A DNA stretch of 64,000 nucleotides from Erysipelotrichaceae bacterium (lineage in GTDB: Bacteria; Bacillota_I; Bacilli_A; Erysipelotrichales; Erysipelotrichaceae), in NCBI GenBank assembly GCA_015058875.1, contig SVBN01000006.1, positions 2,705 through 66,704 of the forward strand. The letters run 5' to 3'. Made by a program: the position numbers and the translations under genes. Shown one piece after another: positions 1 through 10,245 of the stretch; the stretch's first letter is position 1; every line of letters begins with the position of its first letter. The notes beneath the pieces are model-generated. The model did no database searches. It was given only the letters and a program-made list of their open reading frames with translations, and was not told where the DNA came from.

Positions 1-218
1 ATCTTGACGAGCGTGTTGCCGAGATATTTCATCTGGGCAGGTTTGCTCGGATAGTTCATAAAGTTTTTCAGAAGCGTGACAATGCCTTCGCCTGCGCCTT
101 CCGCATTGATCAGCAGAAGAACGATATAGCCCAGCAGCAGTCCCAGGATGACGCATATAATTGACGACACAAACGTCTGTACGCCGGGGCGCCGGAAGAA
201 ACTCTGTTTGCCGTTCAT
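1..218 (-). CDS. ABC transporter permease (nucleoside/sugar CUT2 type), N-terminal part, runs off window edge
   Basis: Manual translation from ATG at 218: MNGKQSFFRRPGVQTFVSSIICVILGLLLGYIVLLLINAEGAGEG..., hydrophobic; starts 1 nt after the ATPase stop. Confidence 0.8.
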   Translation of the reverse strand, partial: MNGKQSFFRRPGVQTFVSSIICVILGLLLGYIVLLLINAEGAGEGIVTLLKNFMNYPSKPAQMKYLGNTLVK

Positions 219-219
219 A

Positions 220-1755
220 TTATGCCGCCTCCTTTGTATTGCGCTTTGCGCCTGCCATGTAGAGACCGAGCTCTTCCACCGTAATCTGTTTCGGATCCAG
301 ATCACCGACAATCTCGCCTTCATACATTACGAGAATACGGTCGGATACATTCATTACTTCTTCCAGTTCCAGAGAGACGAGCAGTACTGCCTTGCCCTCA
401 TCTCTTTCCCTGATCAGATTCCGGTGAACGCCTTCGATCGCACCGACGTCAAGTCCGCGGGTCGGCTGGACCGCAAGCAGAAGCTTGTGTTCCTTGTCGA
501 TTTCACGGGCAATGATTGCTTTCTGCTGGTTTCCGCCGGACATGCTTCTGGCAACGGTGACCGGGCCCTGACCGGAACGGACATCGTTTTCCTCAATCAG
601 CTTTTCGGCATAGCTGCGGATTGCCTTCTGGTTCAGGAAGCCTTTGCTGGTAAATTCCGGTTCCCAGTATCTCTGCAGCGCAATGTTGTATTCCAGGGAG
701 TAATCCAGAACAAGACCGTGCTTGTGTCTGTCTTCCGGAATATGGCTCATGTTGAATGCACGCTCGCGGATGGATGACTTTGTGACATCCTTACCGCACA
801 GCGTGATCGTTCCGGATACCAGCGGTTCCAAGCCGCTGAGTCCGTAGACAAATTCCGTCTGACCGTTGCCGTCGATGCCGGCAATGCACACGATCTCACC
901 GGCATGTACCTGCAGGGAAACATCCTTGACCGCATTGTTGGCATGAACCTTTGAGGCAACCGTCATATGCTGTACATCCAGAATGACTTCTCCCGGATGG
1001 GAAGGACCCTTTTCAACAACCAGCTGGACGTCTCTTCCGACCATCATGCGGGAGAGCTCTTCCTGGGTTGTATCCTTGATATTGACCGTACCGATGTATT
1101 TGCCGCGTCTGAGGACGGAGCATCTGTCCGCAACTTCCATGATTTCATTCAGCTTATGTGAGATGAACAGAATGGATTTGCCTTCTTTAGCCAGATTCTT
1201 CATAATCTGCATCAGCTCGGTGATTTCCTGCGGCGTCAGCACAGCCGTCGGCTCATCGAAGATCAGAATCTCGTTGTCGCGGTACAGCATCTTCAGGATT
1301 TCGGTACGCTGCTGCATGCCGACGGTAATATCCTGGATCAGTGCATCCGGATCGACCATCAGGCCGTACTTTTCCGACAGCGCCATGACTTTTTTTCTGG
1401 CTTCATCCATCTGAAGGACACCGTTCTTCGTTGTTTCCACACCGAGAATAATATTCTGAAGCACGGTAAAGCACTGTACCAGCTTGAAGTGCTGGTGCAC
1501 CATGCCGATGCCGAGATCATTGGCATCATTCGGGTTCCTGATTGTTACTTCCCTGCCGTCTTTCTTGATAATACCCTCTTCCGCCTGATACAGACCGAAC
1601 AGCACAGACATCAGCGTTGATTTGCCTGCGCCGTTTTCGCCGAGCAGAGCATGTATTTCTCCGCGCTTCAGCTGAAGGGTGATATTATCATTGGCGATAA
1701 TTCCGGGAAATCGCTTTGTGATGTTCAGCATTTCAATTGCATACGGAGTTTCCAT
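220..1755 (-). CDS. ABC transporter ATP-binding protein with two ATPase domains (YufO/NupA-like)
   Basis: Walker [22 protein letters not shown], second-domain MSGGNQQK and [10 protein letters not shown]. Confidence 0.93.
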   Translation of the reverse strand: METPYAIEMLNITKRFPGIIANDNITLQLKRGEIHALLGENGAGKSTLMSVLFGLYQAEEGIIKKDGREVTIRNPNDANDLGIGMVHQHFKLVQCFTVLQNIILGVETTKNGVLQMDEARKKVMALSEKYGLMVDPDALIQDITVGMQQRTEILKMLYRDNEILIFDEPTAVLTPQEITELMQIMKNLAKEGKSILFISHKLNEIMEVADRCSVLRRGKYIGTVNIKDTTQEELSRMMVGRDVQLVVEKGPSHPGEVILDVQHMTVASKVHANNAVKDVSLQVHAGEIVCIAGIDGNGQTEFVYGLSGLEPLVSGTITLCGKDVTKSSIRERAFNMSHIPEDRHKHGLVLDYSLEYNIALQRYWEPEFTSKGFLNQKAIRSYAEKLIEENDVRSGQGPVTVARSMSGGNQQKAIIAREIDKEHKLLLAVQPTRGLDVGAIEGVHRNLIRERDEGKAVLLVSLELEEVMNVSDRILVMYEGEIVGDLDPKQITVEELGLYMAGAKRNTKEAA

Positions 1756-1799
1756 ACAATTATCGTCCTCCTCCCTTTATATTTACTCCCTAAATTATA

Positions 1800-1835
1800 T
1801 AAAAAAAGAACAGCGGTTGAAAAGCCGCCGTTCTT
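1800..1835 (-). terminator. Intrinsic terminator/attenuator between BMP gene and ATPase gene
   Basis: Minus strand AAGAACGGCGGC-ttttcaa-CCGCTGTTCTT followed by a U run. Confidence 0.6.
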
Positions 1836-1858
1836 CATTTTGGCATCAAATGTCCCGA

Positions 1859-3067
1859 TTACTTAATGTTGCCCTGGTAGTTGACAACAGCGTTGTCGGA
1901 TTCGACTGTTACGGAATCAGTTCCGCTCAGAGCCTGGTAAGCTTCATCAGCAGAGTCGCCGGAAACTGTAACCGCACCGGAGAATACATCCGCAACGAGC
2001 TTGTTGTAATCAGCCTCTGTAAAGCCGTCAGCCCACTGTGTGGAAGCAGGCAGTCCGACATAGTTGAGAGACGGATCGGAACCGGATACCAGACCGAGGT
2101 TCTGGATCTGTCCGCCGAATTCGGCCCAGCCGCCGTCCTTGACTGCTGCGAGCAGTGTGTTGACTGTCGGAGCAAGACCCTTCATAGCGGAAGTAACTGT
2201 CATGCCTTCGCTCTGTGCATAAGCGTCGATATTTGCGGCCTGGTCAACGTCAACGCCGATAACCTTTGCGTTAACCTTCTTGGCTGCGTCAGCTGCGGAT
2301 GTGAAGATGCCGCCGCCGCATGCGAAGACAACTTCAGTGCCTGCACCGTACCATGTGTCCATCGCTGCTGTGATATCAGCATCGCCGAAGAACTGGTTGC
2401 CGTATGCATAGTTGATTTCAACCTTCTTGCCGAGTTCAGCAGCTGCATCGTTTGCGCCCTGAACGAAGCCGTAACCGTAACGGATAACTGCCGGAACAGC
2501 CATGCCGCCGAGGAAGCCGAGCTTTTCATAGCCGAGCTTGACAGCTGCCTGACCTGCGAAGTAACCGGCGATTTCTTCCTGGTATACTGCGGAGAACAGA
2601 TTTTCCGGAATTGCCTTCAGACCTGCGTCTGTCAGATCGAATTCGGAAACGTCAAGAGCGATGAACTTGACATCCGGATACATATCAACTGTTTCAGCGA
2701 TTGCACCGGCAAATGCATAACCCGGCATAACCAGTGTGTTATAGCCGTCTGCGACTGCCTTGTCGATCATCGCAACACGTTCAGCAGTGCTGTCGCCTGC
2801 CGGCTTGAAGTAGTTGAACTTCAGGCCGTTTGCATCACAGTATGCCTTGGCTGCTTCATAAGTTGTCTGGTTGAAAGACTGGTCTGTAATGTCACCATAG
2901 TCAGTGATCATTGCAACAGTGACTTCAGCTGCAGCTTCTTCAGCCGGCTGTGCTGTTGCGGATCCTGAAGCAGGTGCATCTGAAGAACCGCCGTCCTTAT
3001 TGCCGGAGCAGGCGGTCATGCTGAGGGCCATGAGACCTGTCAGCAGTACTGAAACGAACTTCTTCAT
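1859..3067 (-). CDS. BMP-family ABC substrate-binding lipoprotein (nucleoside-binding)
   Basis: Lipobox MTAC; motifs DYGDITDQSFNQ, FLGGM, VFACGGG, VIGVDVDQ, TSAMK. Confidence 0.92.
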   Translation of the reverse strand: MKKFVSVLLTGLMALSMTACSGNKDGGSSDAPASGSATAQPAEEAAAEVTVAMITDYGDITDQSFNQTTYEAAKAYCDANGLKFNYFKPAGDSTAERVAMIDKAVADGYNTLVMPGYAFAGAIAETVDMYPDVKFIALDVSEFDLTDAGLKAIPENLFSAVYQEEIAGYFAGQAAVKLGYEKLGFLGGMAVPAVIRYGYGFVQGANDAAAELGKKVEINYAYGNQFFGDADITAAMDTWYGAGTEVVFACGGGIFTSAADAAKKVNAKVIGVDVDQAANIDAYAQSEGMTVTSAMKGLAPTVNTLLAAVKDGGWAEFGGQIQNLGLVSGSDPSLNYVGLPASTQWADGFTEADYNKLVADVFSGAVTVSGDSADEAYQALSGTDSVTVESDNAVVNYQGNIK

Positions 3068-3108
3068 TTCTTTCCTCCCTGCGGTTTTACCGCATTTACA
3101 CGATTATT

Positions 3109-3120
3109 TTAAACGTTCAA
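3109..3120. promoter_or_regulatory. Possible LacI-family operator upstream of the BMP operon
   Basis: Near-palindrome TTAAACGTTCAA with central CG in the divergent intergenic region. Confidence 0.25.
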
Positions 3121-3221
3121 TATTCCGAATGCAATATTTCCGGCTTTATTATCAATTCATACACAGGCACTGATAATCATGATAAATATTGCTATAATAG
3201 TATGGCTTCGGAGGTATCCCA

Positions 3222-4616
3222 ATGGTATTCAGCAGCCTGACATTCCTGTTTGCCTATCTGCCGCTTGTATTTGCGGTTTATTTCGGCGTGCCTCTGAAAT
3301 ACCGGAACGCCGTTCTGCTTGCCGTCAGCCTTCTGTTCTACGGCTGGGGTGAGCCGGTCTATGTAACGGTCATGATCTTCTCGATCACTGTCAACTGGCT
3401 GTTCGGCAATCAGATCGGAAAATACCGCGACAGCGACCGGAAAAAAGCGGCCGCATTCCTGAAGCTGTGCATCATATTCAATCTGGTTCTGCTCGGCTTC
3501 TTCAAATACGCCGATTTTCTGATCCGGAATCTGAACATGCTCGGACTGCAGATCCCGCTGCTGAACATCGCTCTGCCGATCGGCATCAGCTTCTATACCT
3601 TCCAGACGATGTCCTATCCGATCGATCTCTACCGGAAACAGACGGATCCCCAGAAAAGCCTCGTCAGCTTCGGAGCCTATGTCACGATGTTCCCCCAGCT
3701 GATCGCCGGCCCGATTGTCCGTTACACGGATATCGCCGCCCAGCTGAATCAGCGCACCATCAGCTCCGGCAAATTCACCGCCGGCATCCGCAGATTTCTG
3801 TGCGGACTTGCAAAAAAGGTTCTGCTTGCCAACAATATCGGCATGGTCTATGAGGAGATTGCCGCCCTGCAGACATCCCAGCAGTCGGTCATGACCGCCT
3901 GGCTCGGCATCATTGCCTTTGCCTTCCAGATCTATTATGACTTCAGCGGCTATTCCGATATGGCGATTGGTCTGGGCAAGATGCTCGGCTTTGATTTCCT
4001 GGAAAACTTTGACCATCCGTATATCTCGCGTTCTGTTACGGAATTCTGGCGCCGGTGGCATATGTCGCTGTCCTACTGGTTCCGCGATTATGTCTATATT
4101 CCCCTGGGCGGCAACCGCCGGGGCATGAAGCGCCAGATTTTCAACATCATGGTCGTCTGGCTGCTGACCGGATTATGGCATGGTGCCTCATGGAATTTTA
4201 TCCTGTGGGGCGTGTTCTACGGAATTGTGCTGATCATTGAGAAGCTCTTCCTGCTGAAGCATCTGAAGCATGCACCGGGCTGGGTCTGCCGGCTCTATAC
4301 CGGCATCATTGTCCTGATCGCCTGGACGCTGTTTGCCTTTACCGATTTCTCCGCAATGCTGAGATATCTCGGTCTGATGTTCGGGACATCCGGAAAACCG
4401 GCGGACGGGCTGACCGTTTATTACCTGAGAAACAACATCGTCCTGCTGGTTTCCTGTCTGATCGGATCGACCTACCTGCCGAAGAAACTCTTTGCGAAGC
4501 TGTCTGCTTCAAAGCTTCACAGTCTGGAACCGCTGATGGTCCTGCTGATATTGTTTGTCTGCACCGCCTTCATGGTGGATGCGACCTATAACCCCTTCCT
4601 GTATTTCCGCTTCTGA
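3222..4616 (+). CDS. MBOAT O-acyltransferase (AlgI/DltB family)
   Basis: MVFSSLTFLF start, LPIGISFYTFQ, FPQLIAGPIVRY, EFWRRWHMSL, catalytic His in GLWHGA, NPFLYFRF end. Confidence 0.93.
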   Translation: MVFSSLTFLFAYLPLVFAVYFGVPLKYRNAVLLAVSLLFYGWGEPVYVTVMIFSITVNWLFGNQIGKYRDSDRKKAAAFLKLCIIFNLVLLGFFKYADFLIRNLNMLGLQIPLLNIALPIGISFYTFQTMSYPIDLYRKQTDPQKSLVSFGAYVTMFPQLIAGPIVRYTDIAAQLNQRTISSGKFTAGIRRFLCGLAKKVLLANNIGMVYEEIAALQTSQQSVMTAWLGIIAFAFQIYYDFSGYSDMAIGLGKMLGFDFLENFDHPYISRSVTEFWRRWHMSLSYWFRDYVYIPLGGNRRGMKRQIFNIMVVWLLTGLWHGASWNFILWGVFYGIVLIIEKLFLLKHLKHAPGWVCRLYTGIIVLIAWTLFAFTDFSAMLRYLGLMFGTSGKPADGLTVYYLRNNIVLLVSCLIGSTYLPKKLFAKLSASKLHSLEPLMVLLILFVCTAFMVDATYNPFLYFRF

Positions 4617-4624
4617 GGTGAATC

Positions 4625-5734
4625 ATGAAAGAAAAAACACTGCAGAAAATATCAGCCGCCGTATTCCTCGGTTATATCGGGGTGTTTTCTGTTGCTTCCC
4701 TGCTTCATGAGAAACACTCTTTTTCGGAAAACGAAAACCGGGCATTGTCAGTGTCGCCGTCCTTCTCCCTCTCCTCACTTGTTTCGGGAAAGTTTGATGA
4801 ATCATTCGAAACATGGTTCTCCGATCAGTTCGCCTTCCGGGATGCCTGGATCGAAACCAAGGCAGCGCTGAAAAAAGCATCTCTTGCCATCGAAAACAAC
4901 GATGTCTATTTCGGGAAAGACGGGAAGCTGATCCGCAGATTTGCGGCATATCCGCCGAAAACCCTGGATCAGAATATTTCCGCGGTAAACCGGTTTCTGA
5001 ACGACAATGATCTGAAGGGCAATGTTCTGCTGGTACCGACGGCAGCCGATATGGACCGGAATGCAAAGCCGGGGGGTGCCTGGGATTTTGATCAGAGCGC
5101 ACTGCTGGATCAGATTGAAAAGGAAATGCCGGATGTGAATTTCATCCGGATCGACGATGAACTGAAACAGGCGGAAAATGCTTATTTCCGGACGGATCAC
5201 CACTGGAATGCGGACGGTGCCTATCTCGGGTATGCCGCAATCTGCGAGGAGGTTCTGGGAAAAGACCCGGAGAAATTTACCCTCACACAGGTCTCCGATT
5301 CCTTCAAGGGAACGATGTATTCCCGCTCCGGTGCATTCTGGACGGAGGGCGAGCCCATATACCGGATCGAAGCGGACCATCCGGATCCGGTGCGCGTTAC
5401 ATACGATGACACTCAGGAAACGGATTCTCTTTACAGTGAAAAACGCCTGAATGAAAAGGATCAGTACATGTATTACCTGGACGGCAATCATCCCCTGACC
5501 CGGATCGATACGGATAACGGCAAAGGAAACACGGCGCTTGTCATCAAGGATTCCTATGCGCATATCCTGATGCCTTATCTGGCCCGGGAATATGAGCATA
5601 TCATCATGGCCGACCTGCGCTACTGGCGCTCTCCGGCATCACAGCTGGTCGAAGACAGGGAGCACACGGACGTCTATATCATTTACAGTCTTGACAACTT
5701 TGCACAGGATCCGAATCCTGTGCTGCTGAGGTGA
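4625..5734 (+). CDS. DHHW-family protein (AlgJ/PatB-like extracytoplasmic acyltransferase partner)
   Basis: N-terminal TM anchor, SENENR, FRTDHHWN, IKDSYAH; directly after the MBOAT gene. Confidence 0.88.
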   Translation: MKEKTLQKISAAVFLGYIGVFSVASLLHEKHSFSENENRALSVSPSFSLSSLVSGKFDESFETWFSDQFAFRDAWIETKAALKKASLAIENNDVYFGKDGKLIRRFAAYPPKTLDQNISAVNRFLNDNDLKGNVLLVPTAADMDRNAKPGGAWDFDQSALLDQIEKEMPDVNFIRIDDELKQAENAYFRTDHHWNADGAYLGYAAICEEVLGKDPEKFTLTQVSDSFKGTMYSRSGAFWTEGEPIYRIEADHPDPVRVTYDDTQETDSLYSEKRLNEKDQYMYYLDGNHPLTRIDTDNGKGNTALVIKDSYAHILMPYLAREYEHIIMADLRYWRSPASQLVEDREHTDVYIIYSLDNFAQDPNPVLLR

Positions 5735-5737
5735 AAT

Positions 5738-7051
5738 ATGCAGATGGAATTTATCAAAATGGGCATTAACGGTGAAGGCATCGGCTATCTGGATCAGAAG
5801 CCGGTCTTCTGTCCGGGCGTTCTTCCCGGAGAGACTGCCGAGGTCAGAATCACGGAAAAAAACAGAAGCTTTTTCCGGGCGGAATGCGTGCGGCTGACCG
5901 GGAAATCGGAACACCGCATCCAGCCTGCCTCAAAAGAAGAATATGAAAGCGGAAGCGCTCCGCTGATGATCCTGAAATATGAACAGCAGCTGGCATATAA
6001 AAAGCAGCTGTTGGAGGAAGCACTCTGGAAATACGGACATGTCAACCGGAAACTGATCCGCGACATGCGTCCTTCTCCCCTGGCTTCAGGCTACCGCAGT
6101 GAATGCAAGCTGCCGGTCGGTGAGGAAGACGGAAAGCTCGTAATGGGTTTATATAAGGCCGGCTCGAATCAGCTGATTCCAGTGAAGCGCTTTGTTTCAC
6201 ATACGGCGGAACTGGAAGAAAAGCGTCTGCAGGCGCTGAAGATTCTGCAGGCATCAAAGCTCAGGGCATACGACAAAAAGACCGGACACGGACTGCGCTG
6301 GTTTGTCATGCGGGTCATCGGCGGCAGAGCGCAGCTGACTCTGGTTACCGGAAAGGATCAGATCTCTCCTGCCGTCACCGATTCTCTGATGAAAATCGAA
6401 GGGATGACCGGGGTGTTCCAGAGCATCAATGACAGGAAAAAGCCCGAAGGCATTTTCGGCGCAACAAAGCTGCTTGCCGGAGAAGAAACCATGGAGATCG
6501 AAATCCACGGTCTGAAGCTGCAGCTGTCTCCCCAGTCGTTCTTCCAGCTCAATGTTCCTCAGGCGGAAGCACTGTATGCGATGGCTGTGGACAAGCTGGA
6601 TGAATGCGATCATCTGTTCGAAGGATACTGCGGTGTCGGTGCCATGAGCATGATGGCCAGAAACAAGGCCAGAAGAATTACCGGTGCCGAGAATGTAAAG
6701 CAGGCGATCCGCAATGCCCAGGCCGCTGCGGAAGCCAACCGCGTGCCGAATGTCTCCTTTGTCTGTGCGGACAGCGCTGAAGCCTTTATCAGCGCAAGAA
6801 AAAAGCGGGATATCGATGCGGTCATTGCCGATCCGCCCCGCTCGGGAATGGATGATGAGATGATCAATGCCCTGCTGAAGTCTTCGGTGCGCAAGATCAT
6901 CTATATTTCCTGCAATCCGGCAACCCTCGGAAAGAATCTGAAGGAGCTGAAAAAATCCTATGATATCCGTACGGTGATTCCGTACGACATGTTCCCCGGC
7001 ACCCCGCATGTGGAGGCACTCTGCGTTCTGGAGCGCACCGGAGGAAAATAA
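5738..7051 (+). CDS. rlmD: 23S rRNA (uracil-5)-methyltransferase RlmD family
   Basis: TRAM-like N-terminus, SFFQLN, YCGVG, DPPRSG, catalytic YISCNPATL, DMFPGTPHVE. Confidence 0.88.
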   Translation: MQMEFIKMGINGEGIGYLDQKPVFCPGVLPGETAEVRITEKNRSFFRAECVRLTGKSEHRIQPASKEEYESGSAPLMILKYEQQLAYKKQLLEEALWKYGHVNRKLIRDMRPSPLASGYRSECKLPVGEEDGKLVMGLYKAGSNQLIPVKRFVSHTAELEEKRLQALKILQASKLRAYDKKTGHGLRWFVMRVIGGRAQLTLVTGKDQISPAVTDSLMKIEGMTGVFQSINDRKKPEGIFGATKLLAGEETMEIEIHGLKLQLSPQSFFQLNVPQAEALYAMAVDKLDECDHLFEGYCGVGAMSMMARNKARRITGAENVKQAIRNAQAAAEANRVPNVSFVCADSAEAFISARKKRDIDAVIADPPRSGMDDEMINALLKSSVRKIIYISCNPATLGKNLKELKKSYDIRTVIPYDMFPGTPHVEALCVLERTGGK

Positions 7052-7956
7052 TGCGGTACTCGTCCTCGTATAACCGCATTGTGATTACCATTGACCATGA
7101 ATTTGCGGAGCAGCCTGTCTCCGCATTTTTCGATCATTTTCTGATTTCATCAAAATACAGACAGAAATACATACGGGAAGGAACCGTCCTGCTGAACAGA
7201 AAACCAATCTCCGGTACTGATACGCTTCTGCACAGCGGAGATACTCTGACGATTGTATCCGGCAGAGAAGAACCCGGATTTATTCCGGCGGATGAAGAAT
7301 GCACGGTCGTTTATGAAGATGACTTTGTCTATGCGGTTCATAAACCCGCCGGTGTCATCATTCATGGAGAACCCGGGGAAAAAGATCTCGCATCCATGGC
7401 TGCCGCCTGGCAGATATCGCACGGCATTCATGCTCCGGTACGCTATCTGCACCGTCTGGACCGGGAAACCACCGGACTGGTTCTTTTCAGCAAAGTCCCC
7501 TTTTTTCAGCCATGGCTGGATCATGAGCTCAGGGAAAAGCGGATCCGCCGCAGATATTATGCGCTGTGCCGCGGCAAGGCAAAGGAAAAGCAGAAGTTCA
7601 CGTTCAATGCACCGATCGGAAGAGACCGGCATGTCAGCGGAAAATACCGTATTTCCGATACCGGAAAGCCGGCTCTGACCCATGCGGTGTGCCGGAAGAA
7701 AAAAGGAGATCTCTGCCTGATGGAGTGCGAACTGGAAACGGGCAGAACCCATCAGATCCGGGTTCATCTTTCATCAGCCGGACTGCCGCTGATCAACGAC
7801 CCGCTTTACGGCACTCCCGATCCGCATTATCCCGGCATGTGTCTCTGGGCATATGAACTCTCATTTGAAAATCCCGTCTCGCATGAAGCGGTTACGGTTC
7901 GTGATATAGCGGACGATGTGTTTGAAGGATTCATGAACAGCACCCGCAGGGACTGA
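7051..7956 (+). CDS. RluA-family pseudouridine synthase
   Basis: HKPAG, catalytic HRLDRETTG, LETGRTHQIRVH, DPLYG. Confidence 0.92.
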   Translation: MRYSSSYNRIVITIDHEFAEQPVSAFFDHFLISSKYRQKYIREGTVLLNRKPISGTDTLLHSGDTLTIVSGREEPGFIPADEECTVVYEDDFVYAVHKPAGVIIHGEPGEKDLASMAAAWQISHGIHAPVRYLHRLDRETTGLVLFSKVPFFQPWLDHELREKRIRRRYYALCRGKAKEKQKFTFNAPIGRDRHVSGKYRISDTGKPALTHAVCRKKKGDLCLMECELETGRTHQIRVHLSSAGLPLINDPLYGTPDPHYPGMCLWAYELSFENPVSHEAVTVRDIADDVFEGFMNSTRRD

Positions 7957-8029
7957 TTCATTCAGAATTCTCCGGCCGGAAAAACCCGGACATTATCTCC
8001 GGGACCGTCTCCGGTCTTTTTTCTTTCCG

Positions 8030-8938
8030 TCAGCCGTTATAAGTACTGATCGGATAATCCATCTCATAATTCCGGCAGAGCTCAATAAAGTTTGCGGCGC
8101 TTTCCGTCAGATGCTTTTTCCGGTGATATACGATGGAATAATAGCGGCTGAATTCCAGACCTTCCACCCTGATTTCCGTCACCTGCTTTCTCTGCAGCGG
8201 CACGGCCGCCATCCGGAACGGAAGGATCGCTGTCCCAAGTCCGCAGATCACTGCCCGCACCAGAGCGGCGGAGCTGAATGTTTCCCACACCGGATCAGCC
8301 GCAAAACCGGCTGCGGCGAGCACCTGGTCGACCGTGTCCCGGGTTCCGCTCCCCTTTTCTCTCAGCAGAAGCGGCATCTTCCGGAACTGTTCAAAAGAAA
8401 TGACCTGACCGTTCTGAAATCCGGCTTCCGCAGAACAGATAACAGCAAGGTGATCCTGCATATACTGATGCGCCTCCAGAATCGGAGACTGAACTGCGCC
8501 TTCCACCAGGGCAAAATCCAGTTCGCTGCTGAGCAGTTTTTCCTCCAGATATTCCTGCGGCTCCACCTTTACCCGGACCTCAACACCCGGGTACCGTTCC
8601 TGATAGGCACGCACATATTCCGGCATCAGCTGCGTTCCGATCGTCAGACTTGCACCGACGCGGATCTTTCCGCCCTTTTCCCAGTCGCGCAGATTCTCCT
8701 CCATCGATTCAAAGAGATCGGAAATACTGGCGGCATACTCCGCCAGCATGATTCCTGCCTGGGTAATGCTCAGATGCTTTCCCAGCCGTTCAAACAGCTT
8801 TGCCCCGTAATAATCCTCCAGTTCACGGATTGCCAGACTGACTGCCGGCTGCGACATGGACAGACTTTCCGCTGCCCTTGTTACATTGCAGTCATTTTTA
8901 TATACAGCCAGAAATATTCTCAGATGCCGGATTGTCAT
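8030..8938 (-). CDS. LysR-family transcriptional regulator (CysL-like)
   Basis: HTH TRAAESLSMSQPAVSLAIRELE, LFER, LLREKGSGTR; divergent from the chromate transporter pair. Confidence 0.92.
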   Translation of the reverse strand: MTIRHLRIFLAVYKNDCNVTRAAESLSMSQPAVSLAIRELEDYYGAKLFERLGKHLSITQAGIMLAEYAASISDLFESMEENLRDWEKGGKIRVGASLTIGTQLMPEYVRAYQERYPGVEVRVKVEPQEYLEEKLLSSELDFALVEGAVQSPILEAHQYMQDHLAVICSAEAGFQNGQVISFEQFRKMPLLLREKGSGTRDTVDQVLAAAGFAADPVWETFSSAALVRAVICGLGTAILPFRMAAVPLQRKQVTEIRVEGLEFSRYYSIVYHRKKHLTESAANFIELCRNYEMDYPISTYNG

Positions 8939-9046
8939 GAATTCTCCTTATATTATTTTACTTATCGATATCATTTAAACATATTATTTCATAAATATAA
9001 AGAACGAATATATGCTTTCATGGCATGCAGAAAGGAGCTTATCTGA

Positions 9047-9652
9047 ATGAGTACAGCAGGAATACTTCATCTCAGTGAAATCAGGAAGAATAAATACCTG
9101 ACATTATTTGCATCAACATTCCGTCTCAGTGCCTGTACCTTCGGCGGCGGGTTTGTCATCGTACCGCTGCTGAGAAAGAAATTTGTGGAGGAACTCGGCT
9201 GGATCGATGAAAACGAAATCATGGATCTGACGGCAATCGCCCAGTCCTCACCGGGAGCCATTGCCGTCAATGCATCAATTCTGATCGGCTATCACATCGG
9301 AGGAATTGCCGGTGCACTGGTCAGCGTTATCGGAACAGTGCTTCCGCCTCTGATCATCATCTCGGTCATTTCCCTGTTCTATCAGGCATTCCGCGACAGC
9401 ATTCTGGTCAGCCGGGCAATGACCGGCATGCTTGCCGGGGTTGCGGCAGTCATCACCGATGTGGTCATCCGCATGGCGCTCAGCGTGCTGAAAGAAAAGA
9501 AGCCGCTTTCCGTCATCATGATGATCCTCTCGTTTATCGCCGTCCGCTTCTTCTCGCTCAACGTGATTGCGCTGATACTGATCTGCGGATGCGCCGGCGC
9601 AGCTGATACCTATTACACGCAGAAAGCAGCCCGGGAAAGGGGATTCCGATGA
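9047..9652 (+). CDS. chrA: Chromate transporter, short-chain subunit 1
   Basis: FGGGFV, AQSSPGAIAVN, GTVLPP. Confidence 0.88.
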   Translation: MSTAGILHLSEIRKNKYLTLFASTFRLSACTFGGGFVIVPLLRKKFVEELGWIDENEIMDLTAIAQSSPGAIAVNASILIGYHIGGIAGALVSVIGTVLPPLIIISVISLFYQAFRDSILVSRAMTGMLAGVAAVITDVVIRMALSVLKEKKPLSVIMMILSFIAVRFFSLNVIALILICGCAGAADTYYTQKAARERGFR

Positions 9653-10212
9653 TTCTGCTGGAACTGTTTCTGAGTTTCATGAAAATCGGTCTCTTCAGCA
9701 TCGGCGGCGGATATGCCGCAATGCCGCTGATTCAGGAACAGGCGGTCGAAACACACGGATGGCTTACCATGACGCAGTTTGCGGATATCATGACCATTTC
9801 CGAAATGACACCGGGACCGATCGCAATCAATTCGGCAACGTTTGTCGGAATTCAGACAGCCGGAATTCCCGGAGCACTTGCCGCTACGGCAGGATGCGTC
9901 TTTCCATCCTGCATCATCGTTCTGGCGCTGGCATATTTATATTACCGATACCGCGGTCTGACCATGATCCAGGGAATACTGAAAGGCCTGCGTCCGGCAG
10001 TCATTGCAATGATTGCCTCGGCCGGATTCTCACTGATCATCCTGAGCATATACGGACAGAAAACACTGCCGGCGGATCTGGGGGAAGTTCATATTATACC
10101 GGCACTGATCTTTCTTGCATCACTGCTGGTGCTTCAGTTCAGGAAGCCGGATCCGATGGCAGTCATGGCTGCCGCGGGTGCTGCCGGCATTCTGTTTCTG
10201 TCAGTTTTCTGA
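9649..10212 (+). CDS. chrA: Chromate transporter, short-chain subunit 2
   Basis: IGGGYA, SEMTPGPIAINSATFVG, GLRPAV; ATGA overlap with subunit 1. Confidence 0.88.
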   Translation: MILLELFLSFMKIGLFSIGGGYAAMPLIQEQAVETHGWLTMTQFADIMTISEMTPGPIAINSATFVGIQTAGIPGALAATAGCVFPSCIIVLALAYLYYRYRGLTMIQGILKGLRPAVIAMIASAGFSLIILSIYGQKTLPADLGEVHIIPALIFLASLLVLQFRKPDPMAVMAAAGAAGILFLSVF

Positions 10213-10245
10213 CACGCATACTTATCAGGGAGGGGAAATAATCCA

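Noticed and set aside
7971-7980. Palindrome TCCGGCCGGA, repeated at 62692-62701
   Set aside because: Only two copies of a 10-mer in a sequence visibly rich in CCGG; no shared flanks, so not a supportable REP or operator family
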